DNA from: Girardia tigrina | Lineage: Eukaryota | NCBI GenBank assembly: GCA_001938485.1 | Contig: MQRK01196814.1 | Coordinates: 4,922 to 59,396, forward strand | Direction of reading: 5' to 3' | Length of the DNA stretch: 54,475 nt | In this document: piece by piece, positions 11,161 to 24,609 of the stretch | Position numbering within the stretch: position 1 is the first letter of the stretch | How the letters are laid out: every line of letters begins with the position of its first letter | The notes under the pieces: model-generated | Database searches by the model: none | The model's input: only the letters and a program-made list of their open reading frames with translations | What the model was told of the DNA's origin: nothing | Position numbers and translations under genes: made by a program

Positions 11161-14100
11161 ATAATAAAAGAGAAAATAAGAAATATAATCTTGATACGAT
11201 AGTTTTTCTCCACAATTTCACTTTTTAATTCTTCTTTCTTTCTTTTTTATACAGAAAAGTTGTATTTAAACTACAAATCAAAAGCACTTTAGCATTAAAA
11301 TTTCTCGGCTGAAAAGTATAATTAAAAATCTTTAAATGCCAAAGTCCTGGAGAGCTTCCCTTTCCTGTTTTTCTGGATTTTTTGATTAACTTTTTTATAT
11401 TAATAAAACCTTATTTTTAAATCTTTCTTATTTTGATTAATTAGATTAATTTTTTCATTTTCTTTTTTAATATAAACATATATATATATATATATATATT
11501 TGTTGTTTCTTTTGACTGATTTTTAAAATATAATATCATTAATAAACCCTTTAGAAAATATTTTAGTTGTTGCAAACATTTACAATTTACAATATATGTT
11601 AAACAAAAAAAATAAAAGTCAAATTCCGTGATGATAGAATAATAAATACTTACTGCTTCTTAGAATTAAAAAACTTAAAATTTTAAAAAGTCTGTTTGAT
11701 ATTTATGGAAAAATGTTTAAATTTGAGGTTTAATAAAGAAAATTTATTAAATATGATTAATAGAAGTTTAAAAATTTGCTTCAGTCAATGTCGTTTTATA
11801 GGGAATAAAACAGTTAAAAATAAATTTCATAAATAAATAATATTTCTATTTTTGGATTACAGAAAAGTTCTTTTTTTGAGATTCTCAAAGATTGTAAATA
11901 TTTGCTCATTTAACAACAATATTAATTAATGATTCTTTTTTTATTTCTAATTTTAAAATTCTTTAGTCGGTAATTAATTTATGAATTTACATTCAATTCT
12001 TTTTAATAAATTTTATATTTCACCTAATTTACTTATTTTTATTTATATTTTTAAATTATTTTTAGAATATTTAAAAACGTTATTTTTTTACTTAAATTTG
12101 TTTTTAATTTATATTTCACCAAACCTTTACTTTGGAAGTATTTTGAACAAACTTTCAAGATGTCAAGAATAATGGCAGCACATTTTGTATCCTCCTTAGT
12201 TCATGTTTTGTTACCTAATGGTTCACATGTACATTTTAGATCATCTTTTTTGTAAATTTGCTTAATATTAACATATTTTAATCGTCTATTAGAAATACTT
12301 TTACACGAAAATTACCTAAAATTGTCAGCTGAATCTCTAGAAGAAAAATTTCCAGATTTCCCCTTCATGTTTAAGAAGTAAAATAACTATCACTTTACTT
12401 TTTTCTAACAAAATTTACCGAATTTTAATTAACTTGTAAAAAATAGCGTTTTAGTTTTCTCCAAAGCATTTAGATGTCCATTAATAATGTCATACTTTTT
12501 AAGGAATGTTTTTTGTTAAATTGTCTTCAATTTGTCACAAATTGTCAGATTTTTAAAGAAAAAATCAGTAAATATGTCAATAATTAACTTTTCTTAACCC
12601 ATAAAAAACTCGAAAATTTATTATAGAAAAGATAAAATTTATTACAAAATAATTTATAAAATTCAGTAATTTCAGAAATCAAAAAAAACATTATTAGAAA
12701 AATAATTATGTTATAGAAAAAATAAAGATTAAAATAAACTTTTTCAAATAATATATATTATTAAATATTCTTTGCAAATTAAATCTTTATGTGATGCCTA
12801 AAACCTTTTGAAACTTAACAATAAAAACTTTAAAATTAATTTATATTTTAAATTAAATTAAAAGGAAAAAATTGTTCGGTTGTTTTATTGAATATATATA
12901 TATATATATATATAAGTACATCACTTTGTGTTTCATACAAAACTATCTGTTTGTTACCACGTTGAATATGTCATATAATGTGATAACTAAGCAAAATTTT
13001 CTGGAGGGTTTGTAAGAAAAATGTGGTTAAAACACATAAAATGCTTGTAGAAGTTTATGATGTCAAAACGATGAATAATTTAGGGAATGGTTTCGACGTT
13101 TCAAAAATAGTAATTCTAGTGCTAAGACAAGTCTCACTTTGAACGGCCCACAAATAAATTTGAGAGCTTATGTTGCGGAATTTGGTTTTTCACCGACGTA
13201 CCATTCCGTCTGGGTGTTGAGTGCGAGTACGTGAGTTTCTGTTTTGGTATGTAGCGGTTTGTGATCCACAGCTATTATTTTTTTTTCACTTTCGTGTGTG
13301 TTTTTTTGTGTTGCTTTTTATTATTATTCCACTTTTTATTTCGTTTGATAACAAGTGACTTTATATTTTATCATTTTATCCCATGAAATAAAGTATTGTT
13401 TATGGCAATATTAAATGAATTCAAAAAATGATCGATAATATCGATCATTAATTATTCTCTAACGACGAATTTATAACAATAAATTCCTTTCCAAAAAAAT
13501 GGCAATTACTGCCAATTAAATCAGAAAATCCGTAGCCGAAGCCGTCGACTGCTGAATTAATTGGTTCACCAGATTATTTTTCGTGCACGGAAACAGTCAA
13601 TTTCAACCAGTAAGTTTCTGCAGTCCCAGACAACGTTCAATCATACAAAGATAGTCACTTGAGAAATACAGTTTCCCCGTCGAAACAAAGTAGTACTACT
13701 GTACAGTCTTTACCACGATTCCACGACACATTCGTCAAATTAACTGAACATCGAATTCAAAAGTAATTATCATTTTCCCTGTATTAAATTTCGTGATACT
13801 TTTACTCTTGTGATTCTATCCTCTTGTTTCCTATCCAATTTTCCTTCCGTTAATTGTTATATGTAATTATAGTGTTTTCAATCATTTATATATTCTTTTT
13901 ATTTATTATATTAATAACGAGGTTACGTAGACGAGTTAATAGAGTTCTTTGACCTAATTAGCTCGCTTCTGTAATACCTTATTTATTAAAGATCCGAGTC
14001 ATATGCAAGTAAAGTTCGCAGAATCATTGAAAGTTATACAAGAAACAGTTTCCGTATGATAAAATGCATTAAAATGATTGAAATATTTCACAAGAAGCCA

Positions 14101-14778
14101 AATAAATATCCTATGAATTGAGATCGATATAAGATTAAAAAATTCTTTACTAGTTAGAAAATGATTCTCAGAAAACAAAACAAGGATTTTTAATGTAATA
14201 TTTTGCCTGGAAAGTATATTCTACAATAACTCCACGAATAGAAAAAACTACTCCTTACCCTGTAAATAATCTCCATTGACTTCAAAATAAAAATATTAAT
14301 TGTTCAAATCTCATGTTCTATATTCGCAAAAATGTTAAAAGAAAAGCAAAAGAATGGTGATTTTGGACACCTAAAAACGTATATATCTATAAAAGTATGT
14401 GAATATTTTAGATGTCTAAAATAAAAATAAAATTAATTTTTTAAATCTGGTAATTTCCTTGTTATTTGATTGTATATTTTGGTAGCAACAAAAAGTGTGT
14501 ATTTAATAGAAATGTATTAAATTGTGTATTGAAAAAAATAAATAGTTGAAGACGTTTCTTCCTCCTTGATGATTTTCGAAAATAATAATGGCAAGTTGTT
14601 GAATTCTTTTCGGGAATTGGTGAAATCAAATGTGAATTAAATAAATTAAATCTCTCAAACGAATTTGCCATTGCTTTTTGATATAAACGACTCAGCGCAT
14701 TCTGTTTATAAATTAAAATTTTCTTCTGTTAACAGAGTCATCGAATCTCTCTCATCCCATTATTTGATTGGTCTAAAG

Positions 14779-14928
14779 CAAAGGTTCCCAAACCTTTTTC
14801 ACTCGTAGACCCCTTGTCATGATTTTAGGTTTTGGGTAAACCCCTGCTAAGAAAAACCACAGACACCTAATTTATTTCGCTCACGTAAACCCATTGGAAG
14901 TCTATATAGATCACTTTGGGAACCTATG
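14779..14928. mobile_element. hAT (Buster/Charlie-type) MITE, 150 bp
   Basis: TIRs CAAAGGTTCCCAAA and TTTGGGAACCTATG. The 8-bp TSD is GTCTAAAG/GTCTAAAT with a central TA. Confidence 0.88.
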
Positions 14929-16946
14929 GTCTAAATGTTGATTTGTGGATCATGAGTCCTTCATTTCAGCCTTCCACGAGGAACGAGAACATGATCGACC
15001 TCGATGATCACAGGACGTGTTCCGCGAAACATATGTTCTTTTTGATCTTCAAAGTAAGGCCAAAAAATATATATCTTATATAAATGAGAAAGGGTTTCAT
15101 CCTTCCAATGGTCTATAACTTCTACTTCGGAAAAATTCAATTATCAGTTACAAGACTTTCAATTGACTAGACTGCAGTTTGAGATACCAATCTTGTTGCT
15201 CGATTGGTATCCAAAAAATCTTTAGCTGTCTCGATGTTTTTTGTATAAACTTTATTTTGGTGGTCAATTCGATGATTGCGTATGCGTAAATGTCTTGTAC
15301 CCTACTTTTTAATCGCAATTCTTTTATTTTTATAAGATTTGAGAAAGGTATGCCCCTAAAGATATTACAAAGGTTAATTTTATAAATAATGGTTAATGAA
15401 TACATACATATATGTATATATTATAAAATGATTTAGCTAAAGATTTTTAAGAAATTGATTATTAAAACTGTTTTGTTATTTCATACTTATATAAGTCGCA
15501 TATTTTTGTGACTTGAAAACTTTAATCAAAAACTTAATATTAATTGTGCATGTGAGTAGGAATAGTTACGTACTAAATATTGCATTTTACTAACTGAAAT
15601 AACTATGATTAATTAGTAATACTTCTTCTGTGATTGCTGATGAAATTGATTGTGTAAAGTCAGTTGTGATGATATAATAATATGGGTTAGTTGTGTAATA
15701 CCTCATTTTTGTCAAGTAGACTGTTGTGATACCTCCTAAGACACTTTTTTTTATTTTTGTCAGACAGACGTTATGTGATGCTTTCACCTTTGGTGTCATC
15801 CGTACTTTTTGTTTTCTCTTGGATGTGCTTGTTTGTTTTTATTTTTTATTGGTTTTTGTCATTGTCATCTACATGGGTTAATTTACTAATCACGGCGGAT
15901 ACATTTTTTATATAGGTAGCAGATTATTTGTTTTGTTGTAGTCTTTGCGTTTCTTATTCTTTTTATATCATTTCTATTTTTGAGTATACCGATGTAACGA
16001 TAAAGAAAAATAAAACAAAACCTCCCAAAAGAAAATGTGATGCTATTTCAAAAGACGAATCTATTTTCTTGTCTTGTCGGAGATGGTGAAGAAAGGTAAT
16101 TTAAGGGGGAAAGAATATTCTCGAAAGAAAGAAAGAAATGTCGAAAAGAAAGTTAAAGAAATGTAAAAGAAAAAAGATAATTATTATTTCATTAAGCGAT
16201 TATCAAATTATGATATTATTTTTTTTGAATTTAAATTATAAAATTAAAAAATCAATCGAAAAATAAATATAATTATTATCTACCTGACTACGAAACTATC
16301 CACCAACTGTTAATTAAGGACAATATATCTGTTAAAGAATTCAGACTGACTGTATTTTTTCATTTCTATCACAAAGGTGAATTTTATTGAAAATTATTTG
16401 TTGGTAATATATTGGTTGAGTTATTCGTCATTATTCAGTTATCATTTGTCATTTACATTGTTGTTATATTGACTAATTTGATCAAACAGTAGAAGTTGAT
16501 ACTAAGTTTGATCAATTTAGTCCTACATTTGCCTCAAACGATTATTAACTTTTTTAGTTAATTGAGTTAGAAATAGTGATTTCAATTACCTCTCCTATTG
16601 TCTTGATAGGGAACTGAAGTCATTATTTCTACAAGTTCTTTTCATGTTCTTTTTGAATGTATGATTGAATGTATGTTGATAGTATGCGTGTGTTTGAGAG
16701 TGTAAACCAATGAAAAGGCTTTGAAAATGTGAGTCATTATAACATCACTATTTTTCCCATAAAATAGTGGAGATTATTGATATTGTGTTTTAATTAATAA
16801 ATCTTAGAATCGGATTCAGTCATTTTATTTTAAATGGATAACAATGCAAATGAAGAAATCATTAAATTTAAATTAATATTATTTTAATTTTGAATTTAAT
16901 TATTTTTGTTTTATTTAAATAATTTGAATTTAAAATCAACGTTAAA

Positions 16947-18374
16947 ATGTAGAAAATAAGAAGATCGTTTACGGTCGAAAGAAAATTGGAAATTATTGCT
17001 TATGCTGAAAAAACATGGTAACAGTGAAGCAGAAAGAGTATTCAATAAAAATGAAAAAAAAAACATTCGGGGTTGGAGAAAATCAAAAATCTTTTAAACG
17101 TACTGCCGAAAAAAAAGAAAGCAAAAAGAGGGGGATTTGCACATTGGCCCGATTTAGAAAAGGCCGTTTAAAAGTATGTAATTGAGAAAAGGGAGAAAGG
17201 GTTAAAAGTTTCTACAATTGATATTAGATTAACAGCGAAAAAATGGCAAAATATGATTTTAATATAGAAAATTTTAAAGGACCGAATAGTTGGTGCACAA
17301 GATTTATGAAAAGAAATAATTTAAGCATGAGAGCAGTAACTTCAGTCGGATAATCGTTGCCAACTGATTGGGAAGAAAAAAGATTCATTTTTACTTTTTA
17401 TTAAAGATAAAAAGAGAGATATCGATTTGAAGCATCTTGGGAATATGGATGAAGTTTCTGTTAGTTTCGATATTCCGGATACAAAGACAGTTGATAAAAA
17501 GGAAAAAAGATATTCTGATCAAAACAACCGGAAATGAAAAATATAATTTTACAGTTATATTAACTGTAACTGCCGATGAAAAGAGATGTAAACTAATGGT
17601 GATATTTAAAAGACTAGCAATGTCCAAAGAAAATTTTCCAAAAGGAATTATTGTTGAAGTCAATAAAAATGGATGGTCAAATGGTGAAATAATGAAAAAA
17701 TGGATACAAAAAATTTCGCTAGAAAGAAATGATTCCTTTTTAAACCAAAATCACTTATAATATACGATTATGCTAGATGTCATCTTACTGAGGAAGGTAA
17801 AAATGAATTCAAAAAATATTCTGAACTTGCAGTGATCCCTAGTGGCCTCACTAAAAGCTTTCAACCACTTGATCTATCAGTTAACAAATCGTTCAAATCT
17901 AAGCTAAAGATACATTGGGAAAATTGGATTATCAATGGTTGTCACATTTACAACAAAACGGGGAAAATCAAAAGAGCGACATATTCAGAAATATGCTATT
18001 GGATTTTTAAAAGCTGGGAAGATGTTACACCACAGTGTATTAAAAATGGATCTGAGAAAGCAGGGATTCAAACTTATGATGAAAATATCGAAGGTGATGA
18101 TGATTAGGAAATTGAAACTGGAAGTAAGAATAAAGATTTACAAGAAATCTAAACGGAATTTTTGCACATTTTCGAAACATCTGAAATAATAGATGATGAA
18201 GATTTTGATGAATTCAAGGAAATCGAATAATCTTAAAATAAAATTATTACTTTTGTTTTTATATATTGATGTTTTTATTTTTATGTAAGTCGCACACGCG
18301 TATAAGTCTAACCATTTTTTTTTAATTTTCATATTTTTTTATATAAGCCGCGGTTTATAGTCCGATATAGACTG
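16947..18374 (+). mobile_element. pogo/Tc2-type DNA transposon, transposase pseudogene with right terminus
   Basis: Brinker-type DNA-binding domain (RRSFTVERKLEIIAYAEK..HGN), CENP-B-type HTH (WCTRFMKRNNLS) and DDE_1 motifs GNMDE, IIYDYARCH and QPLDLSVNKSFK, with many frameshifts. The 3' end TATAAGCCGCGGTTTATAGTCCGATATAGACTG is followed by TA. The left TIR was not located. Confidence 0.88.
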
Positions 18375-18376
18375 TA

Positions 18377-18832
18377 ATGTAAACCTTTTCTGCTTTTTTA
18401 ATAGTTTTTCTAAAAATGATTCAGAATAGCTATTTTTATGCATACCTTCTGTTAGTTTATCTATGCTTGCATCATCTTTTGCATATGTTGTTGACCGAGA
18501 CCAACATCTAAATATCAAACCTTTTACCATACTTCTTTTATATTTAGTTTCATAAAAACTTTGTGTAGTAGTATGTAACACTGTACCTGTTTTCTTTCTA
18601 TAAATCTCTGTCTCGTTATGACTACCTTTCCTCTCACTCAACAAATCTAGAAATGACAAAACACCATTCTTCTCAAGCTCAACCGTGAAAACAATATTAG
18701 AATGAAGGAAATTAAAATAAGATAAAAACGGCTGCATATTTTCACGTTCTTTAAAAACAAGAAAAATATCATCAACATATCGTTTATAAGCTAAAGGTCT
18801 AACACCCGTGAACAAGTGAATTTTATCTTCAA
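18377..18832 (-). mobile_element. PLE RT relic, motifs C-E and thumb
   Basis: YKRYVDDIFLVF...LHSNIVFTVELEKNGVLSFLDLL...IYRKKT...LIFRCW. Confidence 0.92.
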
Positions 18833-19478
18833 TGTATTGGGTTCGTAATTAAGATCAAGATTCATAACTATAAAAAATAATTTCTATCACATATTACATT
18901 TTACAAACAAATTTATAAGGAACAATATTTTCAATTTGCATAAACAAGATTTTTTATGAATTCTAAATATAAATATCAATATAATAATTAGTGATATAAC
19001 ATTGATTTTATTTTTAAAAAGTTTTGTATAAATTAAAAATTTATTTTCAATTTTTGTTAATCCAAAATATGATTTTAAACATTAATTATAAAAATCATTT
19101 TCGCTTTAAATTTCAATGTTAAATTGATTTCCAAAAATATTTATTTCCATTGTTTTATTTTAAATATTAATTGTAAAAATTATTTCTAATTTAATTTCAA
19201 TTTCGTAAAATATTGATTTTCACTTTGGATTTTAAGCATTAATTATAAAAATCCTTTTCTGACTTAAATTTGGATGTTAAAAATCGTTTTTCTAAAATAT
19301 TTATTTTCCCTTCGGATTTTAACATTAACTGTAAAAATACTTTTCAATTAAAATTTTCATTTTTAAATTACTTTTCTAAAAACTTATGTAGATAAATTAT
19401 TTGAACTTATTTTAATTATAAATATGATTTCACATTTTAAATTTTCAAAAATCTAAAGTTCACCAAAAGTTCCTAACA
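18833..19478. mobile_element. 646-bp TG...CA insertion (solo-LTR-like or MITE-like) inside the PLE RT
   Basis: Ends are TGTATTGGG...CCTAACA, flanked by CAA on both sides. Removing it restores the in-frame IFLSNVEDKIHLF. The interior contains a degenerate ~158-bp tandem duplication. Confidence 0.65.
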
Positions 19479-19605
19479 CAACATTAGACAGAAAAATAGA
19501 TCCAAGTGTTCGTGCCAAAGGAGAACCCATGGCAACACCGTCTACCTCTTTATACCAATCATTGTTAAAAAATATGAACATTTGATGTTGTAAAAGTAAG
19601 TAATT
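19479..19605 (-). mobile_element. PLE RT relic, motif B
   Basis: FFNNDWYKEVDGVAMGSPLARTLGSIFLSN. Confidence 0.88.
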
Positions 19606-20929
19606 CATGAAAGGTAATATCATCAAGCCTATCATGCTCATCAATTTTACCTTTCCAGAGATCACAACAGAGATCAAATGTTTCTGTAAGAAAAAATGAG
19701 AGCGAGTGGATCTCTATCTTCTATTAACTAAATAAATTACTAATCACAAAGTAATCAGGAACATTTATTATTTAGCATAATAAAAATCAGGTTGTTGTAA
19801 AATTAGATAGTCTAAATGTCAATTCATTTTGTGTTATGGAAATAAATAGATTGGGTTCCTGATATCCAAATCAGCAATAAGTATGTTTCTGTACCAGTAA
19901 AAATGCGTCAACTGAAATAGCCACCATGAGGCTTGTTGAACAAATGCTGATTCCATGTTTAGACTGTTACTAAACATTCATCGGGTGAAACTCACAATGC
20001 AAGTGGTTTAGGTGCCGGTAGTTTGATGGAAATTCATCGGCGAGAATGCCATGTGATATGAATTTCCAGTACCGGCTAAACCAGAAAACCCGATAGATGA
20101 ATTGTGATCCGGTTGGATGCATCACCACTAATGTTGTGGAAATGAATTTGTTGATTTTCTCAATGCGAAAAAAATCCGCTGACATTGATTGGTACAGAAT
20201 ACTTAACACTGGATTGGGATGATATAACTCTATTATTAGGGCCTATGATTGACACATTATGTGTTTTCATCGTAATATAATCCAAGTAGTCTTGGACTAA
20301 GAGTTTGATTGGGGAAAAGCGTTTTTTGAACTGCCCTATTAGAATAGCACAAATCAATAAAATAGGCATTCCAACATACATAAAAATTACATTGTCATGC
20401 TTTAAACAAAACATACTCACTTGTTACAGGAAATGAATGACTGATTAATAAAATCAAATTCTAGATAAAAGTTACACATAAAAATTCAAATTATCGGTAT
20501 GACAGTTAAAAATAATCATAATAAACTGAGGCTTATACTAAAAATAAAATAACCATAATAAATACAGTGTCTTTTGATATTTGGGAGGTAGTCAATCGAT
20601 TCATTGATGGTTATGGCACAGCTGCATGTTATCACCAGGCATTCCACAATTGAAATGTCGAGATAAATTAGATATCGTTAATGTGCTTTACTAGTAACAG
20701 ATCGTCTTGAGAATGAGGTTCCTCGTGACTCTGGACTCGATCGACTCGTTACAAGATAGATCGATATGAGACATTGGGAGAGGTTAATTTAGCGATTTCT
20801 CGTTCTTGTTTCGATGAGTTCGGTCAATGGAAATCGTTCGGAATGATAATTTGTTCAATTCGATACGAAATTTTCTCGGTCAATCGATTCAAATATTAAA
20901 AAATCGATTTTATTTAATTTAATTAATAA

Positions 20930-20972
<43 letters not shown>

Positions 20973-20991
20973 TTCAAATGTAGGGTCACTA

Positions 20992-21285
20992 CAGTTTCCA
21001 TTAATACATTTGTGGAGAGACTTCCATTGTCGAAAGAAATTATGAATTTATTTTTATTACCCAAATCAAAGCTTGAAATTAATTCAACAAATTCAAAGCT
21101 ATTCTTACACTGGAACTCAGATGAAACCAAATGTTTTAATTTAGAATTCCAAAACTTTGCAATACATTATTGAGATGCTTGAATCATCGATAAACAGGTC
21201 TCATTGGAATACCATCCTTATGTACCTTAGAAAATCCATATAGTTTAGCAGGCTGAGAACCATTTGGACATAAAGGATTTTCTAA
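20992..21285 (-). mobile_element. PLE reverse transcriptase relic, motifs 1/2 and A
   Basis: Minus-strand translation gives LCPNGSQPAKLYGFSKVHKDGIPMRPV and KNSFEFVELISSFDLGNKNKFIISFDNGSLSTNV..ETV. It is frameshifted and absent from the ORF track. Confidence 0.8.
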
Positions 21286-22082
21286 CGTCTTATCGATGCG
21301 ACCGTTTTTACAAAGTTTACTCAAAAGAGAACGTAGAAATTCCCCATCTTTCAATGGTGAAAATTTCCCATTTTTACAAAAATTATAAATAATAATAATA
21401 AATTATATTATAAACATTATTAAAATAACAGATAAAAATTATGGGGAAAGAAATGCAAAACCGATATAGGAAACCCCATTAGCGGTCGGAAATCACGAAG
21501 TAAAATAAATAACAGATGGAAGAGGAAGAGTTGCTTTAACAGATGAAAAGATGTATTTGTAAAAGATTTTTGACCACTTTAATCTGTATTGGAAGATTTG
21601 ATTAACATCAACAATTGTTAAAAAGTTATGTGTTTGACTTTGACTAGATTTCAGGTTTATGACTTATCTTGTCATTAGTAATAGAAAAGAAGTTAATATA
21701 AATGAGGTAGTGATGAAATGTCAAGTAGTGATTGATCGGATCAAGCAGCCGCCAACACTTATCGAAAATGTAAAAACAATTTGCAAATATAGTAATAGAA
21801 ATTGCTGTGAAATATACATATAATGAGACAGCAAAGAAACTTTGTTTATATTTTTCTGTAGGCGTTTTTGGTGTAACAAAACAAATGAATAATAATAATT
21901 TTTAATTTTAAAATGTGGTGGTCTTTTGCATCTATAAACTTTATCTTTTCATTAATGATCTTTGGTAATAATAGTTTATTTCAATAAAAACGGTAAAACT
22001 TTATTCCAATAACATTTGAACGATCTTTTTCATAAGTCATTCTTCAAAAATTAACAGAAAATTATTTGAATTGTATATATAT

Positions 22083-22125
<43 letters not shown>

Positions 22126-22304
22126 AAAAATAATTTTGTTTAAGCTTTTGTAAGAAATTGATTCTTGCGCATGATTTTGAATTCATTTTCCATCACCAGC
22201 AATTGTAATGTAATGTATAGGATAATAAAATGTTAATAATTAGGAGTGTGAGAAGTGGTTGCAACATCAATATCTGAATTCATATTTAACACCAAAATTT
22301 ATTA

Positions 22305-23737
22305 CAGGGTTTGTCAGCACATTTCAGAATGACATCATCACATTTAAGATTTTTGTAAATCAATTTAAAAATTTTGTATTTCCATTTAAGAAATTCGTCA
22401 ATTCATTTATGACTTTGTGTAAATATTGCGAAATATACAAGTTTACAAATACCTAAATCACAGAAACAAAAACTAAAATGAATAGCTAAAATTTATTTAA
22501 TTCCCATCATATATTGGTGTTCTACTCAAACACTTTGGAAGGATTGAATAGACATTCCTAAAATATCCAGAACAATCTTCAGCCGTTATATATTCACTAA
22601 ACTTATCTATATAGGCAAATAATTCTGCTTCAGACTTTGGTCGTGATTCACGTATCATTCCTTTCCATTTCGAAAACATATTTTCAATCGGATTGAGGAA
22701 TGGCGAATACGGTGGCAAAAACATCAATTCGCATATATTTGCATCCACATGCATTGCTAAAAATTTGTCTTTTATGGATTGGTGCTTTTGAAATCGGACA
22801 TTATCCATAATGACTACAGAACGACAGATATGTTCATCTTTGATATACTGTAAAATTTCATCGATGAAATTAGCAAAGGTTGCTGTGTTGAACGCCGATG
22901 TTTGGGTCACATATTTTACTATTCCACCCTTATTCATTGCGCAACATGCGGAAATATTCCTTGATTTAAGGCATTTCACGTTATGTACAGCTGGTGATCC
23001 AGCTAAAGATCGTCCTCTTTTACTTCTAATAGAAACATTAAAACCAACTTCATCAACGAAAAATAAATTNNNNNNNNNNNNNNNNNNNNNNNNNNNNNNN
23101 NNNNNNNNNNNNNNNNNNNNNNNNNNNNNNNNNNNNNNNNNNNNNNNNNNNNNNNNNNNNNNNNNNNNNNNNNNNNNNNNNNNNNNNNNNNNNNNTAAAG
23201 CAACCAATATATCTGTCAATTGTTTTCAGACAGACAGCAACATTAAATTTTGAACGCAAAAGTCCTTGAATGTGCTGAAGAGTAATTCCGCAATTTTCAT
23301 CAATCCATGATTTACATGATTTAATGGCATCAACATGGTCTTCGGTTAAAGCTTTTCTTCTTGGTCCTCCTTTCAGTTTTTGTTCGATCCTATTTTCTTT
23401 CTTGTAGACCTGAATAATCGAATACACTGTTTTATACTTCAAATTAAGAATTGAAGCAATTTCGATAACTGAATAGTTCGTAATATACGAGTCAATAATC
23501 ATTTCCCTTATTTCATTACAAACTGCCTATCCAAATAAAATATATATGTAGTAAAAAATAAAAAACAGTTTACTCTACTTTACAAATTTAAATAATTATA
23601 ATTGTAAACTAAATATATATTTAAACAAATTACTAAATTGACTTACAAAATTCTTAAATTGATTGTCAAAATTCTTAAACGGATTTACAAATTCTGACGT
23701 TGAATTACAATTTTCTGAAATGTGCTGACAAACCCTG
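22305..23737 (-). mobile_element. IS630-Tc1-mariner DNA transposon (Gambol/IS630-like), DD39E
   Basis: Perfect 25-bp TIRs CAGGGTTTGTCAGCACATTTCAGAA (22305-22329 and 23713-23737), TA on both flanks, and ~21-bp subterminal repeats. Confidence 0.93.
22497..23502 (-). CDS. DDE_3-type transposase interrupted by an assembly gap
   Basis: N-terminal HTH (EIASILNLKYKTVYSII..GGPR) and catalytic FVDEVGF, IMDNVRF and LPPYSPFLNPIE. The frame across the N gap cannot be checked. Confidence 0.8.
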
Positions 23738-24609
23738 TAATATGACAACAATTCACATATTTAAACAAATTTTTCTGTTAATTTAATTATCCCGCCGCAA
23801 ATTAATCCACTAAATTCTTTTCGATTCAAATTTTAAAATCTTGCAAATTTATTAAATACATTTCACATTAAAACTAAAAATTTATTTTAAAATTTATTTA
23901 AAATCATTTTATAACTTATATTAAAATATATAAATTGTTATGACTGTAAAAATATTTTTATTTTTAAATAAATATATAATATTTAATGGTTTTCTTATCT
24001 TTTTTAATTTTAAGATATTTAATAGATACATTAAAAAGATATTTTTTATTTTTAAATAGATATTTAATTTTTTATGATTTTCTTTTATTATATCATTTTT
24101 AATTTTTTAAAATATTTAAAAAGCATATTAACATTAAAATATTTTACCTTTTAAATAAAAATAAATAATAAATTATTCTGGAGAGAAAAATTTAAATTAA
24201 CCCCTTATAAGGAGCTTTTATCTGTATACACTTAATTTTTAAAGATTTTATTAGATAATAATGGGAAATGTGTTTTACTTATTTTAATGAAAGATTTTAA
24301 CAATTGAAAGGGCCTTTCTTTGTCTATTTTGAAAATTAATTAATGAGTTAGACAGCCTTATTAATAATTGTTTGGGATTCAAATATTATTGTTATATATA
24401 TATATATATATATATATTATTTACTGAATCCCGGACTTCCTCATATCTAAAACGAACCTTTGAGAATCAATCAGTGATATTTTTGTTTTTTTGCGTTGTT
24501 ATATGTGTGTGTGTTTGATGTGGTGAGTTTTAGCATTTTAATATTGTAATTGACAAATTTTTGTTTACTGCATATATTTAATATTTTTGACAAACGAATT
24601 TTTTGACAG

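Noticed and set aside
18833-19478. Spliceosomal intron retained in the PLE RT
   Set aside because: The nearest GT...AG boundaries do not restore the frame, whereas TG...CA ends with a duplicated CAA do.
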